The notes beneath the pieces were generated by a model. It made no database searches. It was not told where the DNA came from and saw only the letters and a list, made by a program, of their open reading frames with translations. From positions 553,950 through 617,949 of the forward strand of contig MNCI01002038.1 of the NCBI GenBank assembly GCA_015680685.1: DNA of 64,000 bases, read 5' to 3'. The translations under genes were made by a program, and so were the position numbers. Numbering within the stretch: the stretch's first letter is position 1; every line of letters begins with the position of its first letter. The stretch is from Gnetum montanum (Eukaryota; Plantae; Gnetophyta). Below are positions 40,135-53,400 of the stretch, one piece after another.

Positions 40135-40417
40135 TATAAGTTGTAAATGTCATTTAAGCTAGCTTATAAGCTATAAATGTCATTCAAGATTAGCTTATAA
40201 GCTATAAAGCTTATAAGTTGTAAATGTCACTTAAGCTAGCTTATAAGCTGTAAATGTAACTTAAGCTAGCTTATAAGTTGTAAATGTAATTTATAAGCTG
40301 TAAATGTAACTTAAGCTAGCTTATAAGCTGTAAATGTAATTTAAGCTAGCTTATAAGCTGTAAACGTCATTTAAGCTAGCTTATAAGCTGTAAGTCCCAC
40401 TTAAGCTAGCTTATAAG
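40135..40417. repeat. ~30-bp tandem array (TTAAGCTAGCTTATAAGCTGTAAATGTMAY), ~9 units, within the LTR
   Basis: Directly visible units containing overlapping palindromes TAAGCTAGCTTA and AGCTTATAAGCT. Confidence 0.92.
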
Positions 40418-41813
40418 AGCCTTGAAATGTAAATATGCTACATAGGTAGCAAAAGTCTCTTATGCTAGTGCCCCTTATGTTGGAATTTTGGGCAGTGAAA
40501 ATGTTAAATATGCTAGCATTTTAAGCCTAAAAGCCAAATACATTGGCTTATAAAATGCATATTTACATTATGCACAACTTGTAATGCTCATATGAGTATA
40601 TGAAACTATAACTGATGCAGATCACAACTTATTTAAGCTAGATTTGCAGCTGCTTTTAGGACTTTTTGCAGATCAAATTCCTAGAGAGAAACAACAAAGC
40701 AGAGTTTTAGATTACGTAGTCTTTCCAACACCATTTTTAGTGTAGATCTCTCCCAAGAGCAAGCCCAAGTGCAAGTGCAAGATACTCTCTACCACCTACA
40801 ACAGATTCCCAAGGATATTTGCTTATTTCGGGCTTCTCTGAAGCCTCCAATTTGTATCTTCTAAATTTGTACTCCCACAGTGTTCTCCCTTTTTTTATTA
40901 CATTAATACAAAGTTTGCAGTTCATGCTTTACTTGTATTTAATGTTTATTCACTATACTCTTGTGATCTGTCTTTAAGTCTTGCATGTTGTAGTTTTATT
41001 TCCCCGTTTTCATTAAATACACTCATTACAGATTTTTAAGTCCCTAAACGATCTACTGGACCATTTAGGGTGCTCCAAATCCTTTTTTGAGGCCCATAGA
41101 ATTCAGAGTTAAACTGGTTCACGCTAGGATCTTCGGTTTTCTAGCACCGAATTTTTTAGGCCTTATAACACACATCTATCACTCAAAAAACATGCTTGCT
41201 AACACACTAGCTACTTTTGCTCTCCTTGCCAATCCTACTTTCCTCAAGGATCATATATCTCATTCAATGCAAGATACACCTATTACACTTATGGGTATAC
41301 AATGCATTGGATTAATAAACTTAGAGTAAGATGAACAATACCATGATATTATACAATACCTGCAAACTGGAGAAACTCCTGAACATCGATCTTACTCATA
41401 AAAGGATACTCTCTGTAAGCATTCTACACATTTTTGTATTGTTGATCCTGGTATGTTATGTCGCATCTCCACATCAAACGTTCTTCTACACTGTCTAAGT
41501 CATGACGAAGCACAAAATGTGTTGGAACAAGTTCATTCTGGCATATGTGGAGGTTATTTAAGCTCATGGTCTCTAGTAGCTCATATCATTTCATTAGGTT
41601 ACTAGTGGCCTATGATGTCTAGGAATGCACATGATAGCTAAGATTCGTGATACATGTCAACATCAAGTTTCATGTATTTATGTTCTATCTCAAGGGTCGA
41701 TGACCTCTGAAATTGTATGGCCTTTCCAGAAATGGGAGCTGGATCTCATAGGTTCTATCAATTCTCCATCTTCTTCTAGTCATCAATTTATTGTAATAGC
41801 TATTGAATATATG

Positions 41814-44800
41814 TTTTTTTAGAGAATGTTAGGGATTAAATTACTAATAATAAAAAAGAAAAAAGTACAATCCAAGGCCACGAGTGAATGGTCAAACGGA
41901 CCCACCCTCAGGGAGGGGGAAACAATGCCACCTCGACACCCTACAAGTAAACCCCCCAACCCTAGCCCCACTACACGCTCCCCCCCACCCCTCGGGACCC
42001 AGCCTCCTCACCCTTATGAACTAGACACGCACTGCACACAAAACAAAGGCCAACCCGGCCAAATAGGAACTTTGACCAAAACCCATCCTCATCCACAAGA
42101 AATAGACCTAAGCACAGAAGGGGCCTAGGTAGCCTTGGAGCCGTTATAGTTGTTTGGGTAGGCTGTGACACTTGCACTGCAGCTGCTCGAGAGCATGTAG
42201 GATATCCAGCATATTACGATGTAGCTCAGAACCCACGAAACCAATGGCTTGCTAGAACTCCTGCAAGACAGCCTCACGACAAACCCCTTCCCTAGCCAAC
42301 CCCCCACCATTCAGATGGAAATGTGCAGAGGTACGGCGAATGTGCTGCCTTAGGGCCACCCATGAGCACTCATAGTTTATGCCCAGCATGACATAAGGGC
42401 ATCGCCCCTTTCAAAGCCACTGTTGCACACTCTACTCGTGCACCCTATCTAGCTAGTGTTGTCTTTGCCTCTCCTCTTCTTGCTCTTGAGCTCATTGCGT
42501 GCGCTCCATTTGCTCCCTTTCCCTTCGAGTAATTTCTTCTTGCTGTACCTTCGCTCAAACTTGGTCGTAGAGTTCATCCACTAGTCAAGCCGGGGATCCC
42601 TTCGTCAGCAGGGCCTACTTCCTAAGCAGCTCTTGCTCCCACTTGCGAAATCAGGCCTCCATGTCGGCCTGTGCTTGCTGGAGAGCCTCCTCCCATTGGG
42701 TCTCCCAACCCTGCTATTCCTCGGCCCGAGTCATCACCGCTGCCTTCTCTGTGACCCTATCAAGCTTCGCGACCAACAACACATCCCAACCAGCCATCGT
42801 GGATGGAAATGCGTCCACCACAACCATTGGAGTCGTAGCAGCCATCCCCCACTGTGCGACCTGCTTTCTAGAGTAGACCACCGTAGGTGTCAAAGCAACC
42901 CCAACTAGGAAGGTCTAGGGGGACCCAATGTCGACTGCACCTCCATTGCACCCTGCCAAAGGGCCATCATCAACTAGAAGTGGCACCCCCTCTTCTGCTG
43001 TCGTAGCACAACCAAGAAAAAGTGGGGCAAGTTGACTTTGAGCCCAAATTTTAAGCATTTCATGAATGCAAAGTGTGTGCCTTGAAGCTTGGAACCATTG
43101 CCAAACTGGACAAAAAATCGATCAACTAGCTTAGCAGCCCATCCCCAAATCAGCGGTAGAGTAGACTTGGGCACTTGCCAACTTTGCGTGCGTGGAACTG
43201 GTCCATCAAAGAGCAGCTCAGCATCCTCTAACCGTTAGGCTATGGGAAGAATAATTTCACCATCTTCCTGGGCCCCTAGGTACCTAGCGATCATCATCTC
43301 TATCAGCATGATTTCCACACCCTGAAATTCCATCTTATCGGCTAGCCAGTTGGTGAAGAAGGCACCATTAGGGAGGGTCAAGTCACCTTGCAATCGTGGA
43401 AGGAGAGTATCCCATCCACATTGCTTGACTAGACCCTAGGGCTCAATGTGCGCATGGAATGCCACGCAAGCCAGCTCGTATGTTAGCGTGACCCCCATTG
43501 CAGTAACAATTTCCGCTTATGCTTTCTCCATTTGGAAAACAACATGCACAAGGACAGGCACACATTGTTGTCGGAAGATTTTGTGGTTATGTATCTTCCA
43601 CACCTCCCATAAAAGCAATGTGGCCTTAGAGTCTCCCGTGAGTAGCGTCAAGGCAACCCATCCTGTCGCTTACCACATGTCCTACATGTAAGGGCATTGG
43701 AACACGAAGTGTAGCATAGTCTCAGGCCCACCATTGTAGAGGGGGCATGTGGCATCAATGTTGAGGTTGCGTTGCATTAAAGACGCTTGTACTGGTAGGG
43801 CATTACTCTCGAAGAGCCAAAGGAAAACCTTTATTTTCTCTAGCAGTCTCCCCCGCCAGACCTACTGCCAACCATGTACTAGTGGGTACATCGATTTCAT
43901 GAGCTGGCGCAACATCTGTCCCATCCACCCCTGTGCTAGCATGCACTATGCATGGGCCCAAAGCGTCCGCTAGGGTCTAGAGTTGCATGCCTCCATTTGC
44001 CACCTGTCATATTTCCCTCGCATGATGCGAATCCACTTCGTAGTCCCTTCGCCTCTCTAGGTAAACTGTGACAATAGCCACTGCTGTCCCATTGTTAGCT
44101 TGTCCTCGAATTTGAAAACACCTGGGCTCCTTGCTTCCCTAGGGCACACAGTCTGGTCCCAGCCAACCAAATGTAATTTATATCCCCCCTCTACCCCCTG
44201 ACCACACAAAATTTGAATGAGTTGATTGACAACCTTGATCACGACTTGCAGGGGATTTGCAACAGCAGCCACACAGCGTGCCATCGCCACGAGCACCTCA
44301 AACACCAGCACCAACTGCCCTTTCTTGGTGAGAAAGTGGTTAGCCCAATGTCCCACCTGACCCTCAATTTTTTTCAAAACTACGTTCCAAGCCGTGCATC
44401 GTCCCCAAGCAAAAAGCGGGATACCAAGGTACGAGTCTTGGGCCATCCCTAGGGGGAACCCCCAGCACTTGCATGATCCAACATTTAACTTGCCTATCCA
44501 CATTGAGAAAGTTCACCAAGTACTTCTCCCAATTCACCACTAGGCCAAGCTCATCTGCCATCGATGTAAGCACCCGATTAATAAGTCACGCCTGGGGGAC
44601 CCCAGTTTGACTAAGAAGCATTATGTCATCAGCGTAATGTTCGACAAGACATTCAACGCCTGCAACCATCAACTCCCCCACCCTTGCAGCCTTACAATAG
44701 TATTTTAGTAGGTCCATGCGATGATAAAAAGCAATGATGATAGAGAGTCCCCCTGCCTCAGACCTCTTCTAGGAGACAAGAAACCCCAGAGACGACCCCT

Positions 44801-45331
44801 CATGTTGAAGGAGAATGGGTCTGATGCTTGCAAATGAACGCACAGTTGCATGAATTTAGGGTCAAAACCTTTCTGCACCATAATGGTGGCGAGTGCCTCC
44901 CAAGTAACCGTGTCATAGGCCTTCGTAATGTCTAGTTTTAGACACAATCTAGGGAATTTGGAGAGGCGTAGAGGGTGGAGGATATCTTGCATTAGAAGGA
45001 CGTGGTCTTGCAGGAACCACCCTTGAACAAACCCCACCTGATGTTCCTTGACAAGTTTTGGCATGATGGGGACCAACCGTTGAACGAGTAGCTTAGAAAA
45101 TATTTGGATCAACACATTGTAGACCCCAATGGGTTGAAAATGAGCGGGAGATGAGGCATCGGCCCACTTGGGGATACTGACAATCCTTGAGAAATTGATC
45201 TCTTGACGTACCTGACGCTGGGCCAGCATTAGGTTGAAAGCGTCGAGAACATTGGGCCTGACAATATTGAAAAATTCCTTAAAGAACTTGACGTTCCAGC
45301 CATCAGGCCCCGACACTGTACCTCCCAGCAT
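41814..45331 (-). mobile_element. GC-rich, 5'-truncated L1-clade LINE with long C-terminal ORF2 extension
   Basis: SGPDG, LKLDITKAYDTV, GLRQGDSLS (44705-45331); HYADD ~44630; YLGIPL; zf-RVT KIKVFLW..CP..ET..H..QC (43690-43850); W..W..N..IF; short poly(A) (T run at 41814-41820). Confidence 0.9.
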
Positions 45332-47189
45332 AGAACTGTAACTAAGTGGGTTGAAGTTATTTCTTTAAGAACTGTAACTTCTAAGTATGTTTGTCATTTT
45401 ATTTTGGATCATACAATCACTCACTTTGGTATTCCTCTTTACATCGTAATTGATAATGGACCTCAATTCAAGAGTAAAGAACTAGCCAAATTTTATCATC
45501 AATAACAAATTACCTAGTCATTCTCATCTCCGTATTACCCGCAATCCATTAGGCAAGCTAAATCAACTAACTAATCCCTCATTTGTTTGCTAAGAACCAT
45601 GGATTACAAATCCCAACACAACTGGCATACTTGGTTATCCCACGCTCTTTGGGTCTATTGTACTATCTTCCAAATAGCAACTAATTGAACCCTTTTATGC
45701 TTTCCTATGAATCAGAAGCTATGTTACCGGTCAAGGTGGACGTGCCTTCTCTTTGTGCAGCCCTGAACAATTGGATGACAAATGAGGAAAATGATATCAT
45801 TTATTGTGTTGAGTTGGAAACACTTGTGAAAAATTGCAAGCAACTAGCAATCAATATCCAAAATTTTCAAGAAGCCATGCACCATCGCCATGAAAAGCAT
45901 GTTAGACTTAGAGACATCAAGGAAGGTGACTTTGTTCTTAGGCATTTTCCTAATGCCAAGATGACTAAGTTCTCACCAAACTAGCAATGTCCCTTTGTTG
46001 TCATCAAGAGCCTTGGCAACAAAGCATATTATTTAGCTGATTTAGATGGGAATCAATATTCAGATTTGGTAAACAGGGCATACATCAAATGATGCTACAT
46101 TTGAGGTTTTTTTAAAAAAAGAGAAAGATCAAGCGTCATCAGGTTTGCTCTAACTCTTCTCCCATCTCATCAACATTTTATTGCACTATTTTTTCTCCCC
46201 TTCCTATGTCATTTTTCCTCTCTCTTTCTCTCTATTTTTTGCTGTTTTTGTTCTATCTTTTTCATTGAGTTTCATGTACCTCCCCCAATCTCTTTCTATC
46301 CCATTCTACTAACTTTCTTCTGCAGCATACTATGGTGAAGATATTAATCAGCAATCTACCTCATGCAATGAGCAATTGGTGTTTTGCCATTTTTAACTCC
46401 ATGTAAGGGTGTGTTGAGTTTGAGTGGGATAGGGAGGGAATCAAATCTATGAAGCATCAATAATCATTAGAGTGTGGGATTTAGCCATGCCTCACTTTTG
46501 TGACATAGCACCCTGTCCTTGTGTATAGATGATGTCCCTAATTTCTTTTTTTAGTTTGATTGTTTTCTTGATTTCACAAGTCTATTATTTACCTTTCACA
46601 GGTCTATCTTTTACCTCTCCTCTCTTACTTCTCTCTCTTCCTTCTAGCTCCCTTTCCTGTCTCATTCCCTTCCTGTCATCAACATATTTAGTGAGAATTA
46701 AACAATTTGTTCTATTCCAGTAACGGTAGGTTGAGGGCATGAGTAGGACAGGGTGTGAATATCATAAATGACATCTTTTTCACCATCTTGAATATAGGAT
46801 TTAGCCACACCCCTTTCTATGGTGTAGTGCCGTCCTCATGACTAGTGTATTGGTGATATCCTAATATTCTTCCCTCTTCTACTTCATTCTTCCTACTTTT
46901 TCTTTTATATGTACATTAATTCAGCATCTAATCTCTTCTTGATGAACCCTTATTTGATACCTTAACAGCATCCATCAAGAGGGAGCAATGTTGTACCCAT
47001 TTTTTTTTATTCATTTTGAATCAAACGTAATTGTGGTTTCAATATCATTCCATGAGTATTTGAAAACCAAATCCCTGAAATACACCATTACAAGGCACAT
47101 TCTTATCTCCTATGGACCATCAAGAATCATCTGGGTTCATAATTCAACTTATGACTTAATTTTCTATGATCCCCAAAAAACTCTGAAGT

Positions 47190-47490
47190 AAAATTTTTCG
47201 AAGTGTTAGAGCTCTGATGGCAGAATTTTTCTAAGTCTTAGAGCTAGCACGGTTCAAAAAATTTTCTAACTATTGAAGCTAGCACAGTTGAAAATTCTTC
47301 TAAGTATTGGAGCTAGAACTTTTGCATCAAAAATTTTCTAATTGTTGCAGGTGGAGCTTTAGCGTCAAAATTTTTCCAAGTGTTAGAGCTGGAACTTCAA
47401 TGTTAAAATTTTTTGAAGTGTGAATGATGCAACATAAAAAATTTTCTAAGTATTGGGCTGACACAACTCAAAAAATCTCTCTAAGTGTGA
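47190..47490. repeat. Degenerate ~35-42-bp tandem array (AAAATTTTCTAAGTGTTAGAGCT core) in the Tat B LTR
   Basis: About 8 recurring AAAATTTT(T/C)(C)TAAGT..GAGCT units, upstream of TATAAATA at ~47679. Confidence 0.75.
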
Positions 47491-50327
47491 ATGATGTTAG
47501 ATGTCAAAGAGTCATCTGACGTTGAATGTCAAAAGTTAGAATCAATGTCAAAAGCAAGATTGATAGTGGATGTTGAAACTAAAAGATTAGACTTGCTATT
47601 TCTGAACTTGACTACAAGTTACACTTGACTCTGAGTTTAGTTTTAGCAACCCTAAGTTGAATATGGAAACTCTGGGGTTATAAATACAAGCTCAAAACAC
47701 AAGTTTTAGGTTGGATCTTTGGAGATTTGGTTAGATTTATTAAGATTCGAGAGCATTGGTCAAATTTTGAGAGATCAAGAGCACACGCGTCTACTACCAC
47801 AATAGCACTTGCATGCTTCTTGGCCACCTTCAACACCTTTTATACCTTCTGCATCATTTTTAGAGATAGGATTTTTAGGCTTCCACGCACTTTCCAAAGT
47901 TGGAATTTTTTCAGCTCCTGCATCAGTAACATGAGCCTTGGCCAAAACAACCCAATTTTGGCCCAGAATTGACTCCAGATCACACCTATAGCTTCTCCAT
48001 CCATCACCCAACCCTCCAAAGGTTCAGTTCCACCCTCCAAATCTATATTTTGCACCAAATCTAAGCTTTTTTTTTTAATTAGTTCTATCACATTTACGTT
48101 TTTTCTCTCCCATCATTTGTAGTTTGGCCTTCCGTAGGAGGCGAACATTTCAACTCGTCAATATAGCATTTTATTTTTCAGGAAAGGATCTGTGACCTTT
48201 TCCCCATATTGACACATTTCACTTTTATTATCTTATGCTCATTTGCTTGTATTTTATACTTAGAATTTTTTCTAGCTCTTGCATTGTATTCTATACTTAG
48301 TCAAATTTTCAGCGTTTTACACAGCCATTTTTCAATGTAAAAATTCTATCATAAAATTCTATCATTTGGAGAGGAAATTGAAACTTGTTCTCTCACGTCA
48401 AAACTACAGTGTTTTTAATATTTTACATTCTTTACCTATACTTTACACTTTATTTTTATTTCAATGTTCACAGCTTATTCTACACTTGGTTTATTTCCCG
48501 ATAATCTACACTTAGACATTTTTCTAGTGATTTTACACTTAGTTATTTTAATGTTAAAAAACTTCAACTTTTCATCGTTCTCTATCATTCTTGGTTTGTG
48601 TGTGGTAGGCTAAGTCCATATTTGATTAGAGAATTTGTGCCCCTTCTTTTCATAATCATTGATTTATCAAGGATTACATTGATCCAAAGACCATTTATGG
48701 CCACATGCTAAGTATCTTGATACCTAGTCCATGGAGGTATCCTTGTAGAAATAAAAAGAACATTTTTGCAAGAACAATTTGAAAACTTGAAATTTTGGGT
48801 AGTGGAAATGATTTCTCTAGAATTATCATTCACCTATGGGAATTCTAAATTACTCCTAACTTCTTCTACCAATGTTAAATTTTTTGCTTTTTCTATCAAT
48901 GCAGATTTTTTTTTTTTTAATTCTTAGAATGCAGATTTATAAGCTAACATATAGAAATTTGTGATGCATTATTCTAGTGATCTTTGTTGTAACTAAGACA
49001 TTTGATTTTATTTTTCTTGATGATGTGTATGAGTCATTAGTTGTTGATTTTGCATCATGATATGTGCTCATTCAAATTCAGGCTACCTGCTGCATAACCA
49101 AAGTTTCACTACATAGTTAAATGATTTGATGCAAAAGCATAACATTCAAGTCATTCATATCGTGTACTATTCTCGTTCTTTTCTATTTATTAAGCTAGGT
49201 AACACGTCAATGGTTCAGCATGCACTAGATCTAGTATTATTTATACATAAACATATAGTATTGATCATTCATAAGTGGACACTAGATTTTGATATGAATC
49301 TAAATTTCCATGTTTTGTTAAGCTATTTAATCTTTCATTGATGTTTTAAAAAACTAAGTAGTAAATTGCTTATTATTAATATTGTTTTTAGTGGTTGACA
49401 CCCCTTCTTGGTCTTTAGGGATGCATATAACCATCTAATTATGGTTCTGACAACAACCTGTCCCCCTTGTTAGTGCTCCTCTTCTATTATATTTTGAATT
49501 TTTTTCTTCATAATATATTTTATTTTTGGGGTTGAACATGCCCCTCACCCCCTTTTGGTATAGTTTGCCACATGTAGCTTGTGGTATCTAAGTCATAGGT
49601 TTGATTTTGATTGGCATGTCGATTTTCTTGATAAATTTTCCAAGGATTTTTAGTTAGGCATTGCCTAGTTGGTTAGAATATTTGGCTTGTGGTTTTTAAA
49701 TACGAGTTTGATCCCACCCCTTGTGCGGCCAGAAAGAGATTTAATTCCAATGAGCATGTTGATTTGACACATCATTATGGTTTGCTTAAAGCTTTACAAA
49801 AAGCTTCTTGTTGGCTTGTAAGACAAATTCTTTCTTTTTTGACAATAATGCTCTTAACTGAAAAACTAAAATTTACAAAGTGTGTGAATCAACCAATTGA
49901 GCTCTAGCTAATGGTAAAGATTCTTGATGTAAGATCAATCATAATGGACAATATGATGAAAAACTTGTGCATCATTTTCTAATGGATCTTCTTCTCCTAC
50001 AAAAGTTGGTATTTTGCCAATGCTTTCTATTGCTACTTTGAATCGTTTTGCTATTTTAAATTCAAACACAATTGTTGAAAATGATGTTAAAAGTAGGATC
50101 ATCTTTTCCACTAATAATTAATTTTCCTCTCTTGATTTTTCACAACATTATTTGTAAAGCTATACAGTTGAGTATACATCCTAAAATTGGAAAGATTTTT
50201 CTTTCCCTGTTATTTTTCATGTTTTCTACTTAGTGCTAAGCATGTGATGTACTTGAATTTTTTGCTTATTATTAATATTATTCTGGGGTCTGACTTCCAT
50301 TTCAATACCTTATGGATCCAATAATGA

Positions 50328-50420
50328 AGTGTTAACCTAGTGGTGACTCCAAGTTATGGGTTCAATTCTGGTGGGCAATACTAAGTTATAAAGTTCTAAT
50401 TTGACTATATGTCTTAAGGG
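50328..50420 (+). mobile_element. tRNA-derived SINE-like fragment (paralog of 62538-62645)
   Basis: Shares ATGGGTTCAATT(C/T)TGGTGGGCAAT...AAAGTTCTAATT.GACTATA with the 62.5 kb copy; B-box-like GGTTCAATTC. Confidence 0.5.
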
Positions 50421-53400
50421 TAAATATTACTTTTAAAAAAAGCCCAAAATTGAATTTTCATCTATCTATGCATATTCTTAGCAATTTACCTATGCTTCAA
50501 ACAAGTGTCCAAACTAATATAAAAAGTGTTGGTATTAGACTTGGAACCCAATTCCTTGGAATGCAGAAAAAGCTACTCCTCATGCTCATCATGTTCCCTT
50601 TTACGACTCTTTGTTTCTGTGTTTGAATGTCATAGCTTGCATTAAGGTTTATTTATTACCATCGAGTCAAACGACGCTGTAAAGGTCCCGAGAACGACCC
50701 CAATGGTATTAGCCATTCGACGTTACTAACATTTAAGCCATTTCAGCTCTGAAATCTAATTTAGGTTGGTTTTACTTCTGAAATCACGTAAATCCACCTA
50801 TTTCATTTACATTGTTGTATATCAAAAAAATTGCAGCCGTGAAGACTAAGCAAAGAACGAAGAGGAGCAGGAAAATATCAAGTATACCCAGATTTGCTAA
50901 CAGGCAATTTATGAAATCGTACAGTTTTCTGGTTCATTTTCCTGTTTGGGGTTTTTAGATTTTGACGATTTAATATTTTGTTGAAAGCGTCGTATGCTTT
51001 GATTCATGTTGCCGTGAGATCTTACAATGCTTTCTGTTTCCTAATCATGCTCCAGTTTACGTTTTTATTAAGAATGCAAGCTGTTACTATCTCTGTCATT
51101 TTATTGCCCCTTTATTACACGAGAGGGTTTGCGTTAGAAAGAACTTTGTTGTATTAGAATGATTTTATGCCTGGGGCTTTTGATAAATGTTTGGTTGCTT
51201 ACACGCAGATTTATTTAAAATAACCTACTAAGAATACATTAGGTAGCAGGAGAAAATTTGACTTTTAAATTAGGAGCTGCATTTTGGAATATTTGATTTT
51301 TTGAATTCTTCGTGGAAGGTGTTTAAGTCTGAAGTTTTATGTTGCCATTTTTTCTATAGTTCGGTGCCTTTCATTTGCAATTTTTGCAAGTCTTTTGAAG
51401 TTTACAGGCTAGTTGACTTCGTACATAGAAGCTGATGTGATTGTTCGAATTGCCAACCAAAGAAAAGAATTTCAAATTTTTGTTCTACACAACTGCACGA
51501 AGACAACATAAACCTATTTTAAGGCGTGATGTTATATAGCATTTTCAAATTTGTAAAGGAGTTCATACCCATAATGTTGGTCTAGGGGAATAGACAGTGT
51601 CTCTAATCTCACTTTCTGTTTTTCGATGATTAAGGGAATAGGATTTTCTGTTTTTCAATGATTAAGGGAATATGATTTGCAACATAGGCCACTATCATGG
51701 CAGTCCAGCGATTATATCAGTGTGATTATGTAAAAACAATTTATGGAACATTTTGCTGATAATTTTTGCTTTTCTACATTTCACTGGAGAGAGTGCCAGT
51801 AAATTCCACACTTGTGTGGATCCAGGAGTTTGTCTTTTATCAAATTATTTGATTTTTCTAATGTAATATTGTGTTATTCTGATTTACTTATGTTTTCCTA
51901 TTCGACATATTGATTATTCTCTTGCAAATTTTTATTCCAAATAGTCAAATAATGAGAGTAAAATTCATTTTTTTTCATGTTCTTTTTCTTTTACTTCTTT
52001 CCAATTGATGCGCAATATTTCAAAACATCAGTCTTCCTAGTGGATTATTCTTAATGTGCACATTTTTAAGGCATTTGTATAAGTCATTAGAACCTAAAGG
52101 ACCTCTCCTACAGAAAACAAACAAGGGAGTCCAGGATGATCAAGATCAGACATTAGAACCTAAAGGGGTAGACGTGCAGTAAAAAGGCAAAATAGGAAAT
52201 TCAAGTAAGCCACTTGGCATCTAAAATGAGGAAGCATGGCTAACAAATCTTGAATGAATGCTAAAAACTTTTACATATTCAATATTGTTTTGATACTTCT
52301 GTCTTAAAATGTTGAGCTTGGTTTCACCTTGTAACCTTAAATACTTGAGAATCTTTTCTACTTGTCAGCTGCAATTGGATTTTCTAATCACTTTCTGACA
52401 AAGAATCAAAGGACAAAACATCTTTGTTCAGATTAAATGGGTTTACAAGCTTAAGCCTATTGATCAAACAAATGAATTGTCATTACATTTATGCCGCCAA
52501 TTTGGGGCAGTCTATGAGTGTAGTCAGGTAATTTTATGGTTATTTTTAAGGCTGGTTGTCTACTTCGCACTAAGCTGAACGTATATTCTAACATGCACCT
52601 AAACAACATTGAACTGCAATTACCCACGTGCATGCAGATACGCAGTCACATTGAAAAAAGATTTTATCTACTACTATTTATTTGGAACAGCAAGGGAGAT
52701 CTTAAAAATACAAAGAAAATGCTTCTTAAACCAGTTGCTTCCGGACATCTAACTTAAGAAGTTGAACTCCTGCATCCTCTTTAAGAGTTGGACAATTTAC
52801 TAACTAATGAAGAATATCTTATTTATGTCTAACATAAGTAACGAAATATAGTCCAAAAGATGGTTTACATTCAGTCTTCCCCCTAGTAGATTATCATTTT
52901 TAAGGCATTTGTATCAGCCATTATATGTTTTGTGCCCCCAGATGGAGGTTTAATCCCTCTATTTTGATTCATTCTTTAAAACTTTCTTTTAATTTTTTAA
53001 CTTCTATAGAAATTTGCTTGCTGACCTGACCTGTTTATGGATGCCGAATAGGATCATCTACATACAAAGAATGGCTCTCATTTTAAATTCAAAATTTCTT
53101 GACCATACTAATGGAATGGTTTTCTTCGTGCACCTTTGTTGTGAAATGTCTTTGAATTTTATTCCCGTGTTACTTTGGTTGGTTTGGTGGCTTGAAGAAA
53201 CAACATCTGGGTGTTAATGTTGCACATCATTTCTGGATGTTGCTTTATCAAGCCTGTGCTCACTCATTGCAGTAACTAGGCTCTGTAACTGTTGCACATT
53301 GCATTCGGAGTATGCCCTAGAATCTGCAAAATGTGGAAAAAAACCTGTTCATGGGATTTGGCATGGTTTTACAGCTAGCTGTGAACCTAATTCTAACTCT

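Larger units (their letters stand above)
37378..41170 (+). mobile_element. Tat-type gypsy 3' half A: aRH tail, integrase, 3' UTR, PPT and 3' LTR (39948-41170)
   Basis: SFQRWGIDIIG..YFTKWVEAIP..MDNG (37853-38119); LWAYRTT; GPY/F motif NWEGPF ~38612; PPT AAAGAGGGGCCAA then TG at 39948; LTR ends TATAACA at 41170. Confidence 0.8.
41171..48776 (+). mobile_element. Tat-type gypsy 3' half B (aRH tail, integrase, 3' UTR, PPT, 3' LTR 46989-48776), integrase split by an L1
   Basis: HIYHSKNMLANTLATFA (aRH end); VHSGICGG; WPFQKWELDLIG..IEYM | TKWVEVI rejoined across the L1; IDNGPQF; PPT AAGAGGGAGCAA then TGTTGTACCC; LTR end TTTTTGCAAGAACA. Confidence 0.8.

Noticed and set aside
40135-40417. CRISPR-like palindromic repeat array
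   Set aside because: Units are head-to-tail with no unique spacers, there are no cas genes, and it sits in an LTR in a eukaryotic context.
49555-49730. Functional tRNA gene(s)
   Set aside because: A/B-box-like remnants only; stems do not pair, so at best decayed SINE or pseudo-tRNA.
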